Assembly (NCBI GenBank): GCA_044229845.1
Contig: JBGASG010000007.1
Span: forward strand, 64,001 to 128,000
DNA length: 64,000 nucleotides
Source: Candidatus Obscuribacteraceae bacterium
GTDB lineage: Bacteria > Cyanobacteriota > Vampirovibrionia > Obscuribacterales > Obscuribacteraceae
Direction of reading: 5' to 3'
Each line of letters opens with the position of its first letter. Position 1 is the stretch's first letter. The position numbers and the translations under genes were made by a program. This document shows positions 37,752 through 47,800 of this stretch, piece after piece. The notes under the pieces are model-generated. The model was not told the DNA's origin and made no database searches. It saw only the letters and a list, made by a program, of their open reading frames with translations.

Positions 37752-39611
37752 ATGAAACGCACAGCAAATTTAGCCCTCGCCGGTCTCGTGCTGGCTGCAT
37801 CGGTTTCACTGGCGGTGCCGAACACCACAGATGCCGCACCGTCCAACAAAGGCAAACTCAAAGGTCAGATTGCCCGCGATGTGATGGAAGCCGATGATCT
37901 CATGGGCAAAGGCAAGTTTGAGCAAGCAAGTGAGCGCTACAAAGATGCCATTACCAGAAACGACAAGAACGTCCCGGCGATAGTCGGCTACGGATTGTCG
38001 CTTTCCAAGCAATTCAAACTCGATGCTGCCGAAGAACAGTTTGACAAGGCGTTGCAACTGGATCCGGCGAACGCCATTGCCCACGTGGGTAAAGCATCGG
38101 TCTTATTGAATCGTCTCAACTCTTCGTCGAAGACCGTCAAAGATCAGCGCGACTCGATGCTCAAACAAGCCGAAACCGAAGCGCGCACTGGATTGCAAAC
38201 AGACCCGTATTCGCCCGAAGGTCACTTCTATTTGGCTCGTGCCCTCAACGAGCAAGGCCGCTACGACGAAGCCTCCAAGGAATACAACGAAGCGATCAAG
38301 AGCGACGGCAAGTTCTCCGAAGCTTATTCGGGGCTGGGTCTGGTGAAGCTCAATCAGGGCAGTCTCGCCGAAGCGGAATCAGCTTTCAAGAGCGCGATCC
38401 AGTACAACTCCGGCAACTCGACGGCACACTACGGCTTGGGCAAAACCTATCTCAAGCAAGGCCGCGTCGATGACGCGATCAAAGAATTGAACACGTCGTT
38501 GTACCAGTATCCGAACAGCTGGCCGACACACCTGGCGATGGGTGAGGCTTATGCCGCGCAGACCGGCAACAACAACGCCGCCATCCAGGAATATCAAAAG
38601 TCGATTGCCATCAAAGCTGAAAACCCCGATGCTTACCTGCATATCGCAGACATTCGTGAAGGCCGCGGCGACATCGAACTCTCGATTTCAGAACTGCGGG
38701 CCGGTCTTGAACTGATGCCGAACAACCCCGATCTGCACCTGCGCGTCGGCGATGATTGTTTGCGGCTGGAAAAACTTGATGACGCCGAAAAAGAGTACGA
38801 AGGCATTTTGCGCGATTCGCCGCAGAACGCAGCGGCAGCCAAAGGCATCACGCGTGTGTATTACCTGAAGGCCCAGAAGGACACCGCCGGTGCTTTCATG
38901 CTTTCAAACGAATACGAGAAAGCCAAAGGTTTCATCGACAAAGCAATCGCGCTCAATCCTGACGACATGGAATTGCGTCTGGCGGCTGCGAAAATCCGCT
39001 CGCTGTCCGGCGAAACCATCGATCTGAAAACCGTCGGCGTACCCAAGACCAATGGTGAAAAAGTTGCATACGCAGAAGCTTGCCTGGCACAAAACAACTT
39101 TGCCGAAGCCAACAAGAACATGCAGGAAGTAATCAACGCTCAAACCGACGCCAAGCAAACTTTCTCGGTTGCCGACCTGGCGCTGATGATCAAAGACCTG
39201 GATTCTGCAGAGCAAGCCTACAAGAAAGCGGGCACGTATCCGGGCGGCGAAGAGCGCGCCAAGCGCGGTATGGACCTGGTCACTAAGGCTCGCGAAGAGG
39301 CACGACAGGAGCTGACTCTGGCTGACGATCTGGCGAAAAAGAAACAGACGAAGAGCGCCGTCGACAAATATCACGAGTCGGTATTCGACAATCCCAAAGT
39401 TCCGGACACGCGTATCAACCTTTCCAAAGCACTCGAGCAGTTGAAGCCGATGCAAGCGCCCTACTTGCGGGAAGCGGTTGTGCAGATCAAGGCATATATC
39501 GCTTTGTCACCCAATCTGCCCCCTAAAGAGTTGGAGAAGCTCAACAAGCACATCACTCAACTGCAAAACAAAGCCTTCAAGCTGGAAGAGAAGGCGAAGA
39601 AAGGAAAGTAA
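37752..39611 (+). CDS. Secreted multi-TPR protein
   Basis: GAGGA RBS, signal peptide, many TPR repeats. Confidence 0.88.
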   Translation: MKRTANLALAGLVLAASVSLAVPNTTDAAPSNKGKLKGQIARDVMEADDLMGKGKFEQASERYKDAITRNDKNVPAIVGYGLSLSKQFKLDAAEEQFDKALQLDPANAIAHVGKASVLLNRLNSSSKTVKDQRDSMLKQAETEARTGLQTDPYSPEGHFYLARALNEQGRYDEASKEYNEAIKSDGKFSEAYSGLGLVKLNQGSLAEAESAFKSAIQYNSGNSTAHYGLGKTYLKQGRVDDAIKELNTSLYQYPNSWPTHLAMGEAYAAQTGNNNAAIQEYQKSIAIKAENPDAYLHIADIREGRGDIELSISELRAGLELMPNNPDLHLRVGDDCLRLEKLDDAEKEYEGILRDSPQNAAAAKGITRVYYLKAQKDTAGAFMLSNEYEKAKGFIDKAIALNPDDMELRLAAAKIRSLSGETIDLKTVGVPKTNGEKVAYAEACLAQNNFAEANKNMQEVINAQTDAKQTFSVADLALMIKDLDSAEQAYKKAGTYPGGEERAKRGMDLVTKAREEARQELTLADDLAKKKQTKSAVDKYHESVFDNPKVPDTRINLSKALEQLKPMQAPYLREAVVQIKAYIALSPNLPPKELEKLNKHITQLQNKAFKLEEKAKKGK

Positions 39612-39639
39612 GTAAGGCGAAACTTGTCTCATAACAGCC

Positions 39640-39677
39640 GGGCCAGATCGTTTCCAAGCGGTCTGGCCTTGGTTTTT
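39640..39677 (+). terminator. Probable Rho-independent terminator
   Basis: GGCCAGATCGTT..AAGCGGTCTGGCC followed by TTGGTTTTT. Confidence 0.6.
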
Positions 39678-39805
39678 GCGCTTCGCGTCCACAATTAACG
39701 GCGCTGCATCCCGAGCGCCCTATAAAGGAAGCAACTGTTATTATTGATGTGAAATGCGGGGCGGCTCTTCAGCTGCCCGGCGGGTTGACAAGGGATTTGG
39801 GTTTG

Positions 39806-41194
39806 ATGCAACAGCCATCAAAGAAAGTCACCATTCTGGGACTCGGCAGAAGCGGAACATCAGCGGCCGAATATCTTGTCAAAAAAGGTGTGCAGGTTTT
39901 TCTATCTGAAGGCGGTCCTTCCAATGCCGAGAAAGAGGCGGAAGCTGAGCGTCTGCGTAAACTGGGCGTGCGAGTGGAAATTGGAGAGCACTCCGAAGAA
40001 GCGCTCAACTTCGGCGACTTCATTCTGACCAGCCCCGGCATTGCACCGACATCCGAAGTGATCAAACGCGCGCAGACACGCATGCCGCAGAAAGAAGTGA
40101 TCTGCGATGTCGAACTGGCATATCGCGAAACCAAAATTCCCATGATTGGTGTCACCGGCACCAACGGCAAGTCGACGACGGTGGCTTTGATCAGTCACAT
40201 CCTCACTCACGCCGGCAAGTCGGCACCGGCGTGCGGCAACATCGGCGTGCCAATTCTCGACTATCTGGAAGGAAAAAAACACGACTACCTGGTAGTTGAA
40301 GTTTCTTCCTTCCAGTTGCACTACACAAGGCTCTTCGCACCGCAGGTCGGTGTGTGGCTGAATCTCACTCCCGATCATGTCGATTGGCATGGTTCGCTGG
40401 AGGAGTATGTGAAAGCAAAGAATAAACTCTTCGCCAATATGCGCACCGATCAGTTTGCGGTTTTGAACGAAGACGATGCAATGGTTTCGGGCTTCAGCCC
40501 GCCCGCCGATCCTGAGATATTCCCTTTCAGCGTCAAGTCTGATTTGAACTATGCCATTCAGGGTGCGTTTATCAACGACGGTTTTCTCTGGTATCGCATT
40601 GACGGACAGACGCGTTTGCTCTGCCAGACCAAGCAGTTGAAGATCATCGGCAAACACAATCTCGAGAATGCACTGGCGGCGGTATCAGTAGCTGCGTTGC
40701 TCGGCATTTCGCAAGAGAAGATTGCTGAAGCTCTGCAAACTTTCACCGCGCTGGAACATCGCCTGGAGTTCGTCACCGAGATCAACGGCACACGTTTCTT
40801 CAACGATTCCAAAGCCACCAATCCCAACTCAACAATTAAAGCTCTGGAAGCATTTGCCGGCGGTGACAAAATTGTCTTGATCGCCGGCGGCAAAGACAAA
40901 GGTACGCCGCTCGGCGACTTGATGGTGGCAATTGCCCGCTATGCTTCCGATGTCATCTTGCTGGGCGAAGCAAAAGATCGCTTCCAGCATGCCTTAAAAG
41001 AATTCGGCTACGAGCATATTCACACCGTGAATTCGCTTGAAGAAGCCATCGAGCTCGGCAGTTCTCTCGCCCGGGGACCAGTCGTGCTTTCGCCGGCGTG
41101 TGCCAGCTTTGATATGTTCAAGAACTACGAGGAACGTGGGCGTGTCTTCAAGAAACTTGTCCACCAACGAGCCGAAGTGGCCGCCTCGCGATAG
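39806..41194 (+). CDS. murD: UDP-N-acetylmuramoyl-L-alanine--D-glutamate ligase
   Basis: GLGRSG, TGTNGKSTT, EVSSFQL, NDSKATN, SPACASFDMF. Confidence 0.97.
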   Translation: MQQPSKKVTILGLGRSGTSAAEYLVKKGVQVFLSEGGPSNAEKEAEAERLRKLGVRVEIGEHSEEALNFGDFILTSPGIAPTSEVIKRAQTRMPQKEVICDVELAYRETKIPMIGVTGTNGKSTTVALISHILTHAGKSAPACGNIGVPILDYLEGKKHDYLVVEVSSFQLHYTRLFAPQVGVWLNLTPDHVDWHGSLEEYVKAKNKLFANMRTDQFAVLNEDDAMVSGFSPPADPEIFPFSVKSDLNYAIQGAFINDGFLWYRIDGQTRLLCQTKQLKIIGKHNLENALAAVSVAALLGISQEKIAEALQTFTALEHRLEFVTEINGTRFFNDSKATNPNSTIKALEAFAGGDKIVLIAGGKDKGTPLGDLMVAIARYASDVILLGEAKDRFQHALKEFGYEHIHTVNSLEEAIELGSSLARGPVVLSPACASFDMFKNYEERGRVFKKLVHQRAEVAASR

Positions 41195-42530
41195 CACCAC
41201 CGGTGGTGCTAAAGGCGAAGTCGCCGGACCAAACGGCCCCGTCTTTCGGGGGCTGCCCAATCGTGCGCTGATCACGCTGACTCTGGCACTGGCCGGTTTT
41301 GGGTTGATGGCTGTCTACAGCGCCTCGGCGCCGGAGGCCCTCAATTCGTTCCAGGACTCAACGGTTTATTTGCGCAAGCAGGCGATTGCCTGCGTCCTCG
41401 GCATCTTCTTGATGTTTTCGCTCAGCAAGCACGACTACCGCAAGCTACGGAAATGGGCCTGGCCGCTCTCAATCGTGTCGTTGATCTTGCTGGCAGCCAC
41501 TCTGGTGCCGGGGCTCTCGGTGACGACAATGGGTTCGGCGCGCTGGATCAATCTGGGTCCCGTGCAGTTCCAGCCTTCCGAAATGGTAAAGGCGGCGGCG
41601 ATTATTCTCATGGCTTCAGGGCTCTCCAAATATTTCTGGTGGCATCGCCAGATCTTCATGCGCATCGCCGTGATCATGATTATGGCGGCGATTGTCGTCA
41701 AACAGCCTGACCTGGGTACGTCGCTGATGATCCTGGGCACGCTGATGGCGATGCTGTACGTGAGCGGTACTAACTCGTTCTTGATTGTCGGTTCGATTAT
41801 TGCCGGAGCCGGTGTCGTCTGGCAGCACATTCAGCGCACGCCATATCAAATGGCCCGCATTCAGAGCTGGCTAAACCCGTATCTCAATCCGCAGAAGGAA
41901 GGCTGGAACATCATCCAGGCGCAACTGGCCATCGGATCCGGCGGGCTGTGGGGTGTCGGATTTGGGCGCTCGTTGCAAAAACTGTATTACCTTCCCGTGC
42001 AGCACGCAGACTTCATCTTCGCCGTGATTGCCGAAGAGTTCGGGTTGATCGGTTGCGCATCGCTGCTCAGCATGTTCGGTCTGTTCGCTTACCTGGGTTT
42101 CAAAACAGCGCTGCAATCGAAAACTTTGTTTGGTCGCTTTCTCGCCATCGGGATAACGACGTCGATTTCCCTGCAAGCGGTGACGAACATAATGGTCACC
42201 ACCGGTCTCTTGCCGGTCACCGGCATTACGCTGCCTTTCATCAGTTATGGCGGCAGTTCGCTGGTTATCACCCTGGCGATGGTCGGCATCTTGCTTTCGA
42301 TATCGCGCGATCGCGGAGCTCTCGACGACGAAGATTTCGGAGAAAATGACGGACAACAACCTCATCAACAGCAGCAGATGCCGGCCTCTCAGAGTGCGCA
42401 ATCGCCTTTGTCGCCAGGCGCCGTGGAAACGCCGCAACCGCAAGCGGAAGCCAGTCCCCAAGCCGCTCCCAGCGCATCGTCCGTAGCAGTAATCACCACT
42501 CCACTAGAGGGCCCGCCGGCCAATGGTTAG
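41142..42530 (+). CDS. ftsW: SEDS peptidoglycan polymerase FtsW
   Basis: MAVYSAS, FQPSEM.K, QPDLGT, DFIFAVIAEEFG, LPFISYGGSS; start uncertain (GTG 41142 with GAGGA RBS overlaps murD). Confidence 0.93.
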   Translation: MSSRNLSTNEPKWPPRDSTTGGAKGEVAGPNGPVFRGLPNRALITLTLALAGFGLMAVYSASAPEALNSFQDSTVYLRKQAIACVLGIFLMFSLSKHDYRKLRKWAWPLSIVSLILLAATLVPGLSVTTMGSARWINLGPVQFQPSEMVKAAAIILMASGLSKYFWWHRQIFMRIAVIMIMAAIVVKQPDLGTSLMILGTLMAMLYVSGTNSFLIVGSIIAGAGVVWQHIQRTPYQMARIQSWLNPYLNPQKEGWNIIQAQLAIGSGGLWGVGFGRSLQKLYYLPVQHADFIFAVIAEEFGLIGCASLLSMFGLFAYLGFKTALQSKTLFGRFLAIGITTSISLQAVTNIMVTTGLLPVTGITLPFISYGGSSLVITLAMVGILLSISRDRGALDDEDFGENDGQQPHQQQQMPASQSAQSPLSPGAVETPQPQAEASPQAAPSASSVAVITTPLEGPPANG

Positions 42531-43686
42531 TCACCGCGTATTGCTCACCGGTGGTGGAACCGGTGGTCATGTTTACCCGGCTCTGGCGGTTGCTGAACAG
42601 TTGCGCAACGATCCCGAAGTAGAAGAAATCATCTACGTCGGCGCCGCGGGGCACATCGAAGAACGTCTGGCCCGCGAACGCGGACTGGAGTTTGTCGGGC
42701 TGTCGGTGTCCGGTCTGCCTCGCAAGCTCAGTGGACAGCTGGTCACCTGGCCGTTTCAAACATCGAAAGCAGTGCTGGACGCGCGCGGCTGTATTCGCCA
42801 CTTTCGACCTACGGTGGTTCTGGGAACGGGTGGCTATGCGTCTGCACCGCCGTTGCTGGCCGCACATCTGTCCGGTATTCCCATTGCTATTCACGAGCCC
42901 GATGCTCACCCCGGGTTGGTCAATAAGCTGTTTTCCCGCTGGGCCAGTCTGGTTTCTTGCGGCATGGAAGGCGCTATCGGTACGCTGAAAACAGCGCGGG
43001 GACGTGTTGTCGTCAACGGCAATCCGGTGAGCAGCAATTTCTTGAATCCGATGAAGCGTGATGCAGCCGCCGCCGTGCTCGGCATCGATCCGAATCTGAA
43101 AACCGTCTTGATTACAGGTGGTTCGCAGGGCGCGCGCGGTATCAATGATGCCGTTCGCGACGGACTGAAGCAAGTCTTGAATGCTGAAACACCTGTGCAA
43201 ATCATTCACCAGGTGGGCGGTAAGAACCTCAATGAGTACAGAGAAACACTGGAGCCTGCACATCAGAGCAGCGCCAGATACGTGATTCGCGATTATTTTG
43301 ATGATCTTTCGCTACCGTATGCGGTGGCAGATCTGGCCGTCTGCCGCGCGGGAGCTATGACCATTGCTGAGTTAGCGGTCACTGGCTGTCCGGCGATCTT
43401 CGTGCCGTATCCGTTCGCTGCGGCTGATCACCAGACGCATAATGCCCAATTTATGGCGTCCAAGGGCGCTGCGCTGGTGATACTCCAAGACAAGCTAAAC
43501 GGAAGGCTGCTTGCTGACCAGATGCTGATGCTTTTGACTGAGGATGATCGGCTGCGCAATATGAGCAAAGCTATGAAGGGCTGCGCGCGTCCGCAAGCTG
43601 CACTCGATCTGGCAACGCAATTGAAAGAAGTAAGCACGCGGCATCAAATTCGCCGCAGCAAAGAAGCGGAACGAACCTATATATAG
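42523..43686 (+). CDS. murG: Lipid II GlcNAc transferase
   Basis: GGGTGGHVYPA, GTGGYAS, GGSQGA, CRAGAMT, HQTHNA. Confidence 0.97.
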   Translation: MVSHRVLLTGGGTGGHVYPALAVAEQLRNDPEVEEIIYVGAAGHIEERLARERGLEFVGLSVSGLPRKLSGQLVTWPFQTSKAVLDARGCIRHFRPTVVLGTGGYASAPPLLAAHLSGIPIAIHEPDAHPGLVNKLFSRWASLVSCGMEGAIGTLKTARGRVVVNGNPVSSNFLNPMKRDAAAAVLGIDPNLKTVLITGGSQGARGINDAVRDGLKQVLNAETPVQIIHQVGGKNLNEYRETLEPAHQSSARYVIRDYFDDLSLPYAVADLAVCRAGAMTIAELAVTGCPAIFVPYPFAAADHQTHNAQFMASKGAALVILQDKLNGRLLADQMLMLLTEDDRLRNMSKAMKGCARPQAALDLATQLKEVSTRHQIRRSKEAERTYI

Positions 43687-43709
43687 GTACTTCTATAAGT
43701 GCTGAGACT

Positions 43710-43931
43710 TTAGCTGATCGCCGGAGCCGTAGCTACTGTCGGCGGTAGAACCAGCGCTTCCTGGCGTTTGGTTCCAGGAACAGATTTCTGCTCCATTCCC
43801 GCTACAAGCAGCTCCATTCGTCTTACCAGCTGAGCAGTTTCGTGTTGCTCGCCTTGATTCTTTTCGACAATCTCTTTCAAAGTCTGCAGCGTTGTCTGCA
43901 GCGAGTTCAAGTTGGAATTAGAAAAAGCCAT
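43710..43931 (-). CDS. Small hypothetical protein
   Basis: GAGGA RBS, 73-aa helical ORF. Confidence 0.55.
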   Translation of the reverse strand: MAFSNSNLNSLQTTLQTLKEIVEKNQGEQHETAQLVRRMELLVAGMEQKSVPGTKRQEALVLPPTVATAPAIS

Positions 43932-44364
43932 GAGAGCTTCCTCGACCGGTAAGTGTTCTTTTGATCAATGCCTCATTCCGCATTGCCCAATGGGAAGAGC
44001 GCCATTTCAAATCCGGGAAGATAGTAACACAGGTTAGTTGCGTTTAGTCCGCTTCATATTGTAAACCTACGGATTGTCGTTGCATTTCGGGCTTGCAAAG
44101 TACCGTACGACTCAGTCGTTATCAGCCGCGCAGCCAAAAGTCTCGGGTTGTAAAGCGTCACTGCTTTCGTGAACTCAAGAGTGATTTTGCCTTCATGGTT
44201 CGTCAACAAATTCCAACCGATAGCGGTTGAAGTTTTGGGCTTTCAGCCGGCTAAAACTTCAACGTACGCTGTTAGTAGATGACTGACAGTTTCTGCCACC
44301 ACATTTCCATCGCGCGATCGTCCATCTATCGCTAAAATCGTCCTGAGGCGTTTTCGAAAAACAA

Positions 44365-44823
44365 ATGGCACCTCTACTACTCGGTATCATCATCGGCTTC
44401 GGTCTCTGCGCGCTTCTGGTGGCAGCCTTCTTCGGCGTGCATCTGAAGCGGATTCTCGAAGAACGCCGCGAGGATCAACTGCGGGTTTTGGAAAAGCACC
44501 ACAGCCGGCTGAAATTGATAGTCGGCGATTTGCTGGCTAAGGCGGATGAGGTAGACAGCTCCAGTAAGTACCTGCAAGACCAGCTCGATCACGAGACACA
44601 GCAACGTCTGGCAGAGACTTGCCGCGATCTGGTGTTGCTCGGTGACGTGACAAAAGGCATTGAAGAGATGCTGAGGACGAAACAACTGAGTGCGTCGCGG
44701 CGGGCTCTACTACACGCATGCGAAATGGCCGCGCACGATGCGCGCAAGCTTCGTGCAATCAAGCATATAGTGCAGGATTCCGAGCATGGACAATCCGAGC
44801 AAGGGCATGGCGACGCCACTTAA
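44365..44823 (+). CDS. Single-TM-anchored helical hypothetical protein
   Basis: N-terminal hydrophobic helix followed by coiled-coil-like sequence. Confidence 0.7.
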   Translation: MAPLLLGIIIGFGLCALLVAAFFGVHLKRILEERREDQLRVLEKHHSRLKLIVGDLLAKADEVDSSSKYLQDQLDHETQQRLAETCRDLVLLGDVTKGIEEMLRTKQLSASRRALLHACEMAAHDARKLRAIKHIVQDSEHGQSEQGHGDAT

Positions 44824-45070
44824 TGTGGTGCCCTTCGCGACCGCCAAATTTTAACCAAGAATCTCTTGTTTTCCATACACACAGTGGCCAAGTTTAGGCT
44901 TATACTGATTATAAGAAGGTCTCTACAACTGAACGCCTGAAGAAACCAGGCGCAAACCACGTCGTGGCATGAACGGCTCAATCCGTTCGAAAAACCCCAA
45001 GGCTGGCTGTTGCGCGTCTTCCTGTTTCACCCTGGGAGACGTCCGTTTTTGCATGCGAGGAGGAATGATC

Positions 45071-45952
45071 ATGTCCAAGAAGAAGAATAAGGCACCACGC
45101 GCAGTACCACAGGAGGAAACCAAACAAGAGGAAACCGCCGCAGAGTCGGAAGAAGCGGCAAGCGAGTCAACAGCAGACGACGGCGCTGAAACAGCATCTG
45201 ATCAAGCAGAAGGAGATGGTGAAGCGGCTTCCGGAGATTCGGAAGACGAAACGACAGCAGAGCCGGCGGGTGAGGGTGAATCGGTAGAGGCGGAAGCGTC
45301 TGAAGAATCAGGCGAAGCCTGCGCGGAAGAAGCCAAAGAAGAGTGCGAGCACGCGGAAGCGGAATGTTCGCATGATGAAGAGGAAGCTGCTGCCGACGAA
45401 GCAGACGCCGAAGGAGGCGAACCGGAAGCAGCCGCTGAAGAAGCAGAAGCCGAAGGCGAAGCTGACACAGAATCCGACGCTGAAGCAGAAGAAGAAAAGG
45501 AAGAACCAGCTGCCGAGTCCGAAGAAGAACCGGCTGCCGAGTCCGAAGAAGAACCGGCTGCCGAGTCCGAAGAAGACCCGGCTGCCGAGTCCGAAGAAGA
45601 GCCGGCTGCCGAGTCCGAAGAAGAGCCGGCTGCCGAGTCCGAAGAAGAGCCGGCTGCCGAGTCCGAAGAAGAACCAGCTGCCGAGTCCGAAGAAGAACCA
45701 GCTGCCGAGTCCGAAGAAGAACCAGCTGCCGAGTCCGAAGAAGAACCAGCTGCCGAGTCCGAAGAAGAACCAGCTGCCGAGTCCGAAGAAGAACCGGCTG
45801 CCGAGTCCGAAGAAGAGCCGGCTGCCGAGTCCGAAGAAGAAGTTGCTGCAGAAGAAGAGCCCGCTGCGGAAGCTGATCAACCGGCTGCCGAAGGTGGAGA
45901 GGGCGGTGAAGGAGGAGAAGAAAAGAAAGACGGGGACATCGAAGCAGCATAG
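45071..45952 (+). CDS. Extremely acidic, low-complexity repeat protein
   Basis: GAGGAGG RBS (start 45065 or 45071); basic N-terminus MSKKKNK; EEEPAAES repeats. Confidence 0.75.
   Translation: MSKKKNKAPRAVPQEETKQEETAAESEEAASESTADDGAETASDQAEGDGEAASGDSEDETTAEPAGEGESVEAEASEESGEACAEEAKEECEHAEAECSHDEEEAAADEADAEGGEPEAAAEEAEAEGEADTESDAEAEEEKEEPAAESEEEPAAESEEEPAAESEEDPAAESEEEPAAESEEEPAAESEEEPAAESEEEPAAESEEEPAAESEEEPAAESEEEPAAESEEEPAAESEEEPAAESEEEPAAESEEEVAAEEEPAAEADQPAAEGGEGGEGGEEKKDGDIEAA
45497..45832 (+). repeat. 24-bp tandem repeat x14 (coding VNTR)
   Basis: GAAGAAGA(A/G/C)CC(A/G)GCTGCCGAGTCC. Confidence 0.95.
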
Positions 45953-46194
45953 TCAACGTAAGAACATTGCAGGTCTGGACGTGAGCCATCACGTTCTTAC
46001 TAGCTCCAATCGGACAGCGTCCGTGTGCCGTATCCTCCTTCGACACCGGGCGCTGTACGCTTTTTGCCTTTCAAGATTTTGCCTTTCAAGAGCGGGCGCT
46101 CAGGGCTGAAATGTCCAGCTTTTTAGCTGGGTGGCGTCCGGTCGCCGTGTTAGGATCTGGCTTCGCATTTTGCGCCTGCAGGCGAGGACATGAC

Positions 46195-47295
46195 ATGACA
46201 ACGGCTCAATTGAAAGAAACACCTCTGGCTAACGCGCACCGTAAACTGGGCGCGCGCATGGTCGACTTCGCCGGCTGGAACATGCCGGTGCAATACAAAT
46301 CGATCGTCACGGAGCATATGGCCGTGCGCACCAAAGTTGGATTGTTCGACGTGTCGCACATGGGCGAGTTCTACGTGACCGGCGCCGGTGCTCACGATTT
46401 CGTGCAACACATGGTGGCAAACGACATCAACCGTTTGCACAAGCCGAACATGGCGCTCTACACACAGTTTGTCATGCCGGGCGGCGGCACCGTCGACGAC
46501 TTGATTGTCTATCGGCGCGAGCAAGATTTCTTGCTCGTCGTAAATGCCTCGAACATCGAGAAAGACTGGCGGTGGCTTAAAGACTACGCGGGCAACTTCG
46601 ATGTTCAAATGAGCGACAAGTCCGACGACACAGGGTTGTTGGCTTTGCAAGGACCGTCGGCCAAGAGTGTGCTGGCGGAGCTCGCAGGCGACTGGGTCAA
46701 AGACATGCCATCCTTCACGTACGGCGAAGCAAAAGTAGATGGCATGCAAATCTCCTTTGGGCGTACCGGCTACACCGGCGAAGATGGTTACGAGATTTTT
46801 GCTTGGAACTCCGATCTGGAGAAGCTCTGGAATCGACTTCTGGAAATTGGCGCGTCTTACGGCATCGAACCGGTCGGGCTGGGTGCCCGCGACACCCTGC
46901 GTCTGGAAGCTGGTTTACCCCTGTATGGGCACGAACTTGATGAGGAAACCAGCCCGCTGGAAGCCGGTCTTGGCTGGAGCGTTAAGCTGGAGAAAGGCGA
47001 TTTCGTCGGCGCCGATGCCTTGCGCAAACAGAAAAGCGGCGATCTGCCGAAACAGTTGGTCTGTCTGAAGGCAGAAGGAAAAGCTCTGCCGCGTGCCGGT
47101 TACACGATCTACGACGGTGATACCACACTTGGTACCGTGACCAGCGGCTCCCAGGGCATTTTTGTCGGCTATCCTATAGCATGTGCTTTCGTTCCGCCGG
47201 CATACGCTAAGGTCGGAAAACAGCTTTCGATTGGAATTCGCGATACCAAGGTGCCTGCGCAGGTTGTCACGCGTCCTTTCTACAAGCGCAAGTGA
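46195..47295 (+). CDS. gcvT: Glycine cleavage aminomethyltransferase T
   Basis: FAGWNMPVQY, LFDVSHMG, RTGYTGEDG, GLGARDTLRLEAG. Confidence 0.97.
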   Translation: MTTAQLKETPLANAHRKLGARMVDFAGWNMPVQYKSIVTEHMAVRTKVGLFDVSHMGEFYVTGAGAHDFVQHMVANDINRLHKPNMALYTQFVMPGGGTVDDLIVYRREQDFLLVVNASNIEKDWRWLKDYAGNFDVQMSDKSDDTGLLALQGPSAKSVLAELAGDWVKDMPSFTYGEAKVDGMQISFGRTGYTGEDGYEIFAWNSDLEKLWNRLLEIGASYGIEPVGLGARDTLRLEAGLPLYGHELDEETSPLEAGLGWSVKLEKGDFVGADALRKQKSGDLPKQLVCLKAEGKALPRAGYTIYDGDTTLGTVTSGSQGIFVGYPIACAFVPPAYAKVGKQLSIGIRDTKVPAQVVTRPFYKRK

Positions 47296-47373
47296 GCGTG
47301 TTGCTGTAACATACACAATTCACTGAAGTCCCAAATTCATCCATCCATAAGATTGCAAAGTGAGGTTTCGTCA

Positions 47374-47778
47374 ATGGGAGACACAGGGAGCAAGACGCTC
47401 AGTTATCCGAAAGAATTGCGATACGTGAAAACTCACGAGTGGGTGCGCGTCGATGGCGGCACTGCCACTATTGGCATCACGGCATTTGCTGCTGACCAGC
47501 TTGGTGACGTGACTTACGTCGAATTGCCCAAGACTGGCGCCAAATTCAAGAAAGAAGGCAAGTTCGGCGTTATCGAATCGGTAAAGTCCGTTTCCGACCT
47601 GTTCATGCCGCTGGGCGGCGAAGTTACCGAAGTCAACGATCGGCTTACCTCGGAGCCCGAACTCGTCAACCTTGACTGCTATGGCGAAGGTTGGATGATG
47701 AAAGTGAAGATGGACAGCGCCGCGGAGCTCGATGACAGCATGTCAGCCGACGAATACAAAGAGTTCGTCGTCGATTAG
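47374..47778 (+). CDS. gcvH: Glycine cleavage H protein
   Basis: HEWV, GIT.FAADQLGD, ESVKSVSD lipoyl-Lys, YGEGW. Confidence 0.97.
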   Translation: MGDTGSKTLSYPKELRYVKTHEWVRVDGGTATIGITAFAADQLGDVTYVELPKTGAKFKKEGKFGVIESVKSVSDLFMPLGGEVTEVNDRLTSEPELVNLDCYGEGWMMKVKMDSAAELDDSMSADEYKEFVVD

Positions 47779-47800
47779 TACTGTCTGTGGTGGCAGTCCG

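Noticed and set aside
44226..44263. Hairpin GTTGAAGTTTT..AAAACTTCAAC in a divergent intergenic region
   Set aside because: Single imperfect hairpin with no second copy or U-tract; function cannot be supported
45497..45832. Possible CRISPR array
   Set aside because: Units are contiguous with no unique spacers, lie in frame within a CDS, and no cas genes are present
45372..46109. Alternative-frame ORF with histone-H1-like SPKK repeats (LPSPKKN), plus antisense repeat ORFs
   Set aside because: Repeat variants fall at third codon positions of the acidic frame and change residues in this frame; it has no RBS. Best explained as a shadow ORF of the VNTR.
45955..46194. Glycine riboswitch upstream of gcvT
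   Set aside because: The conserved GGAGA..CCGAAG..CTCTCAGG core was not found
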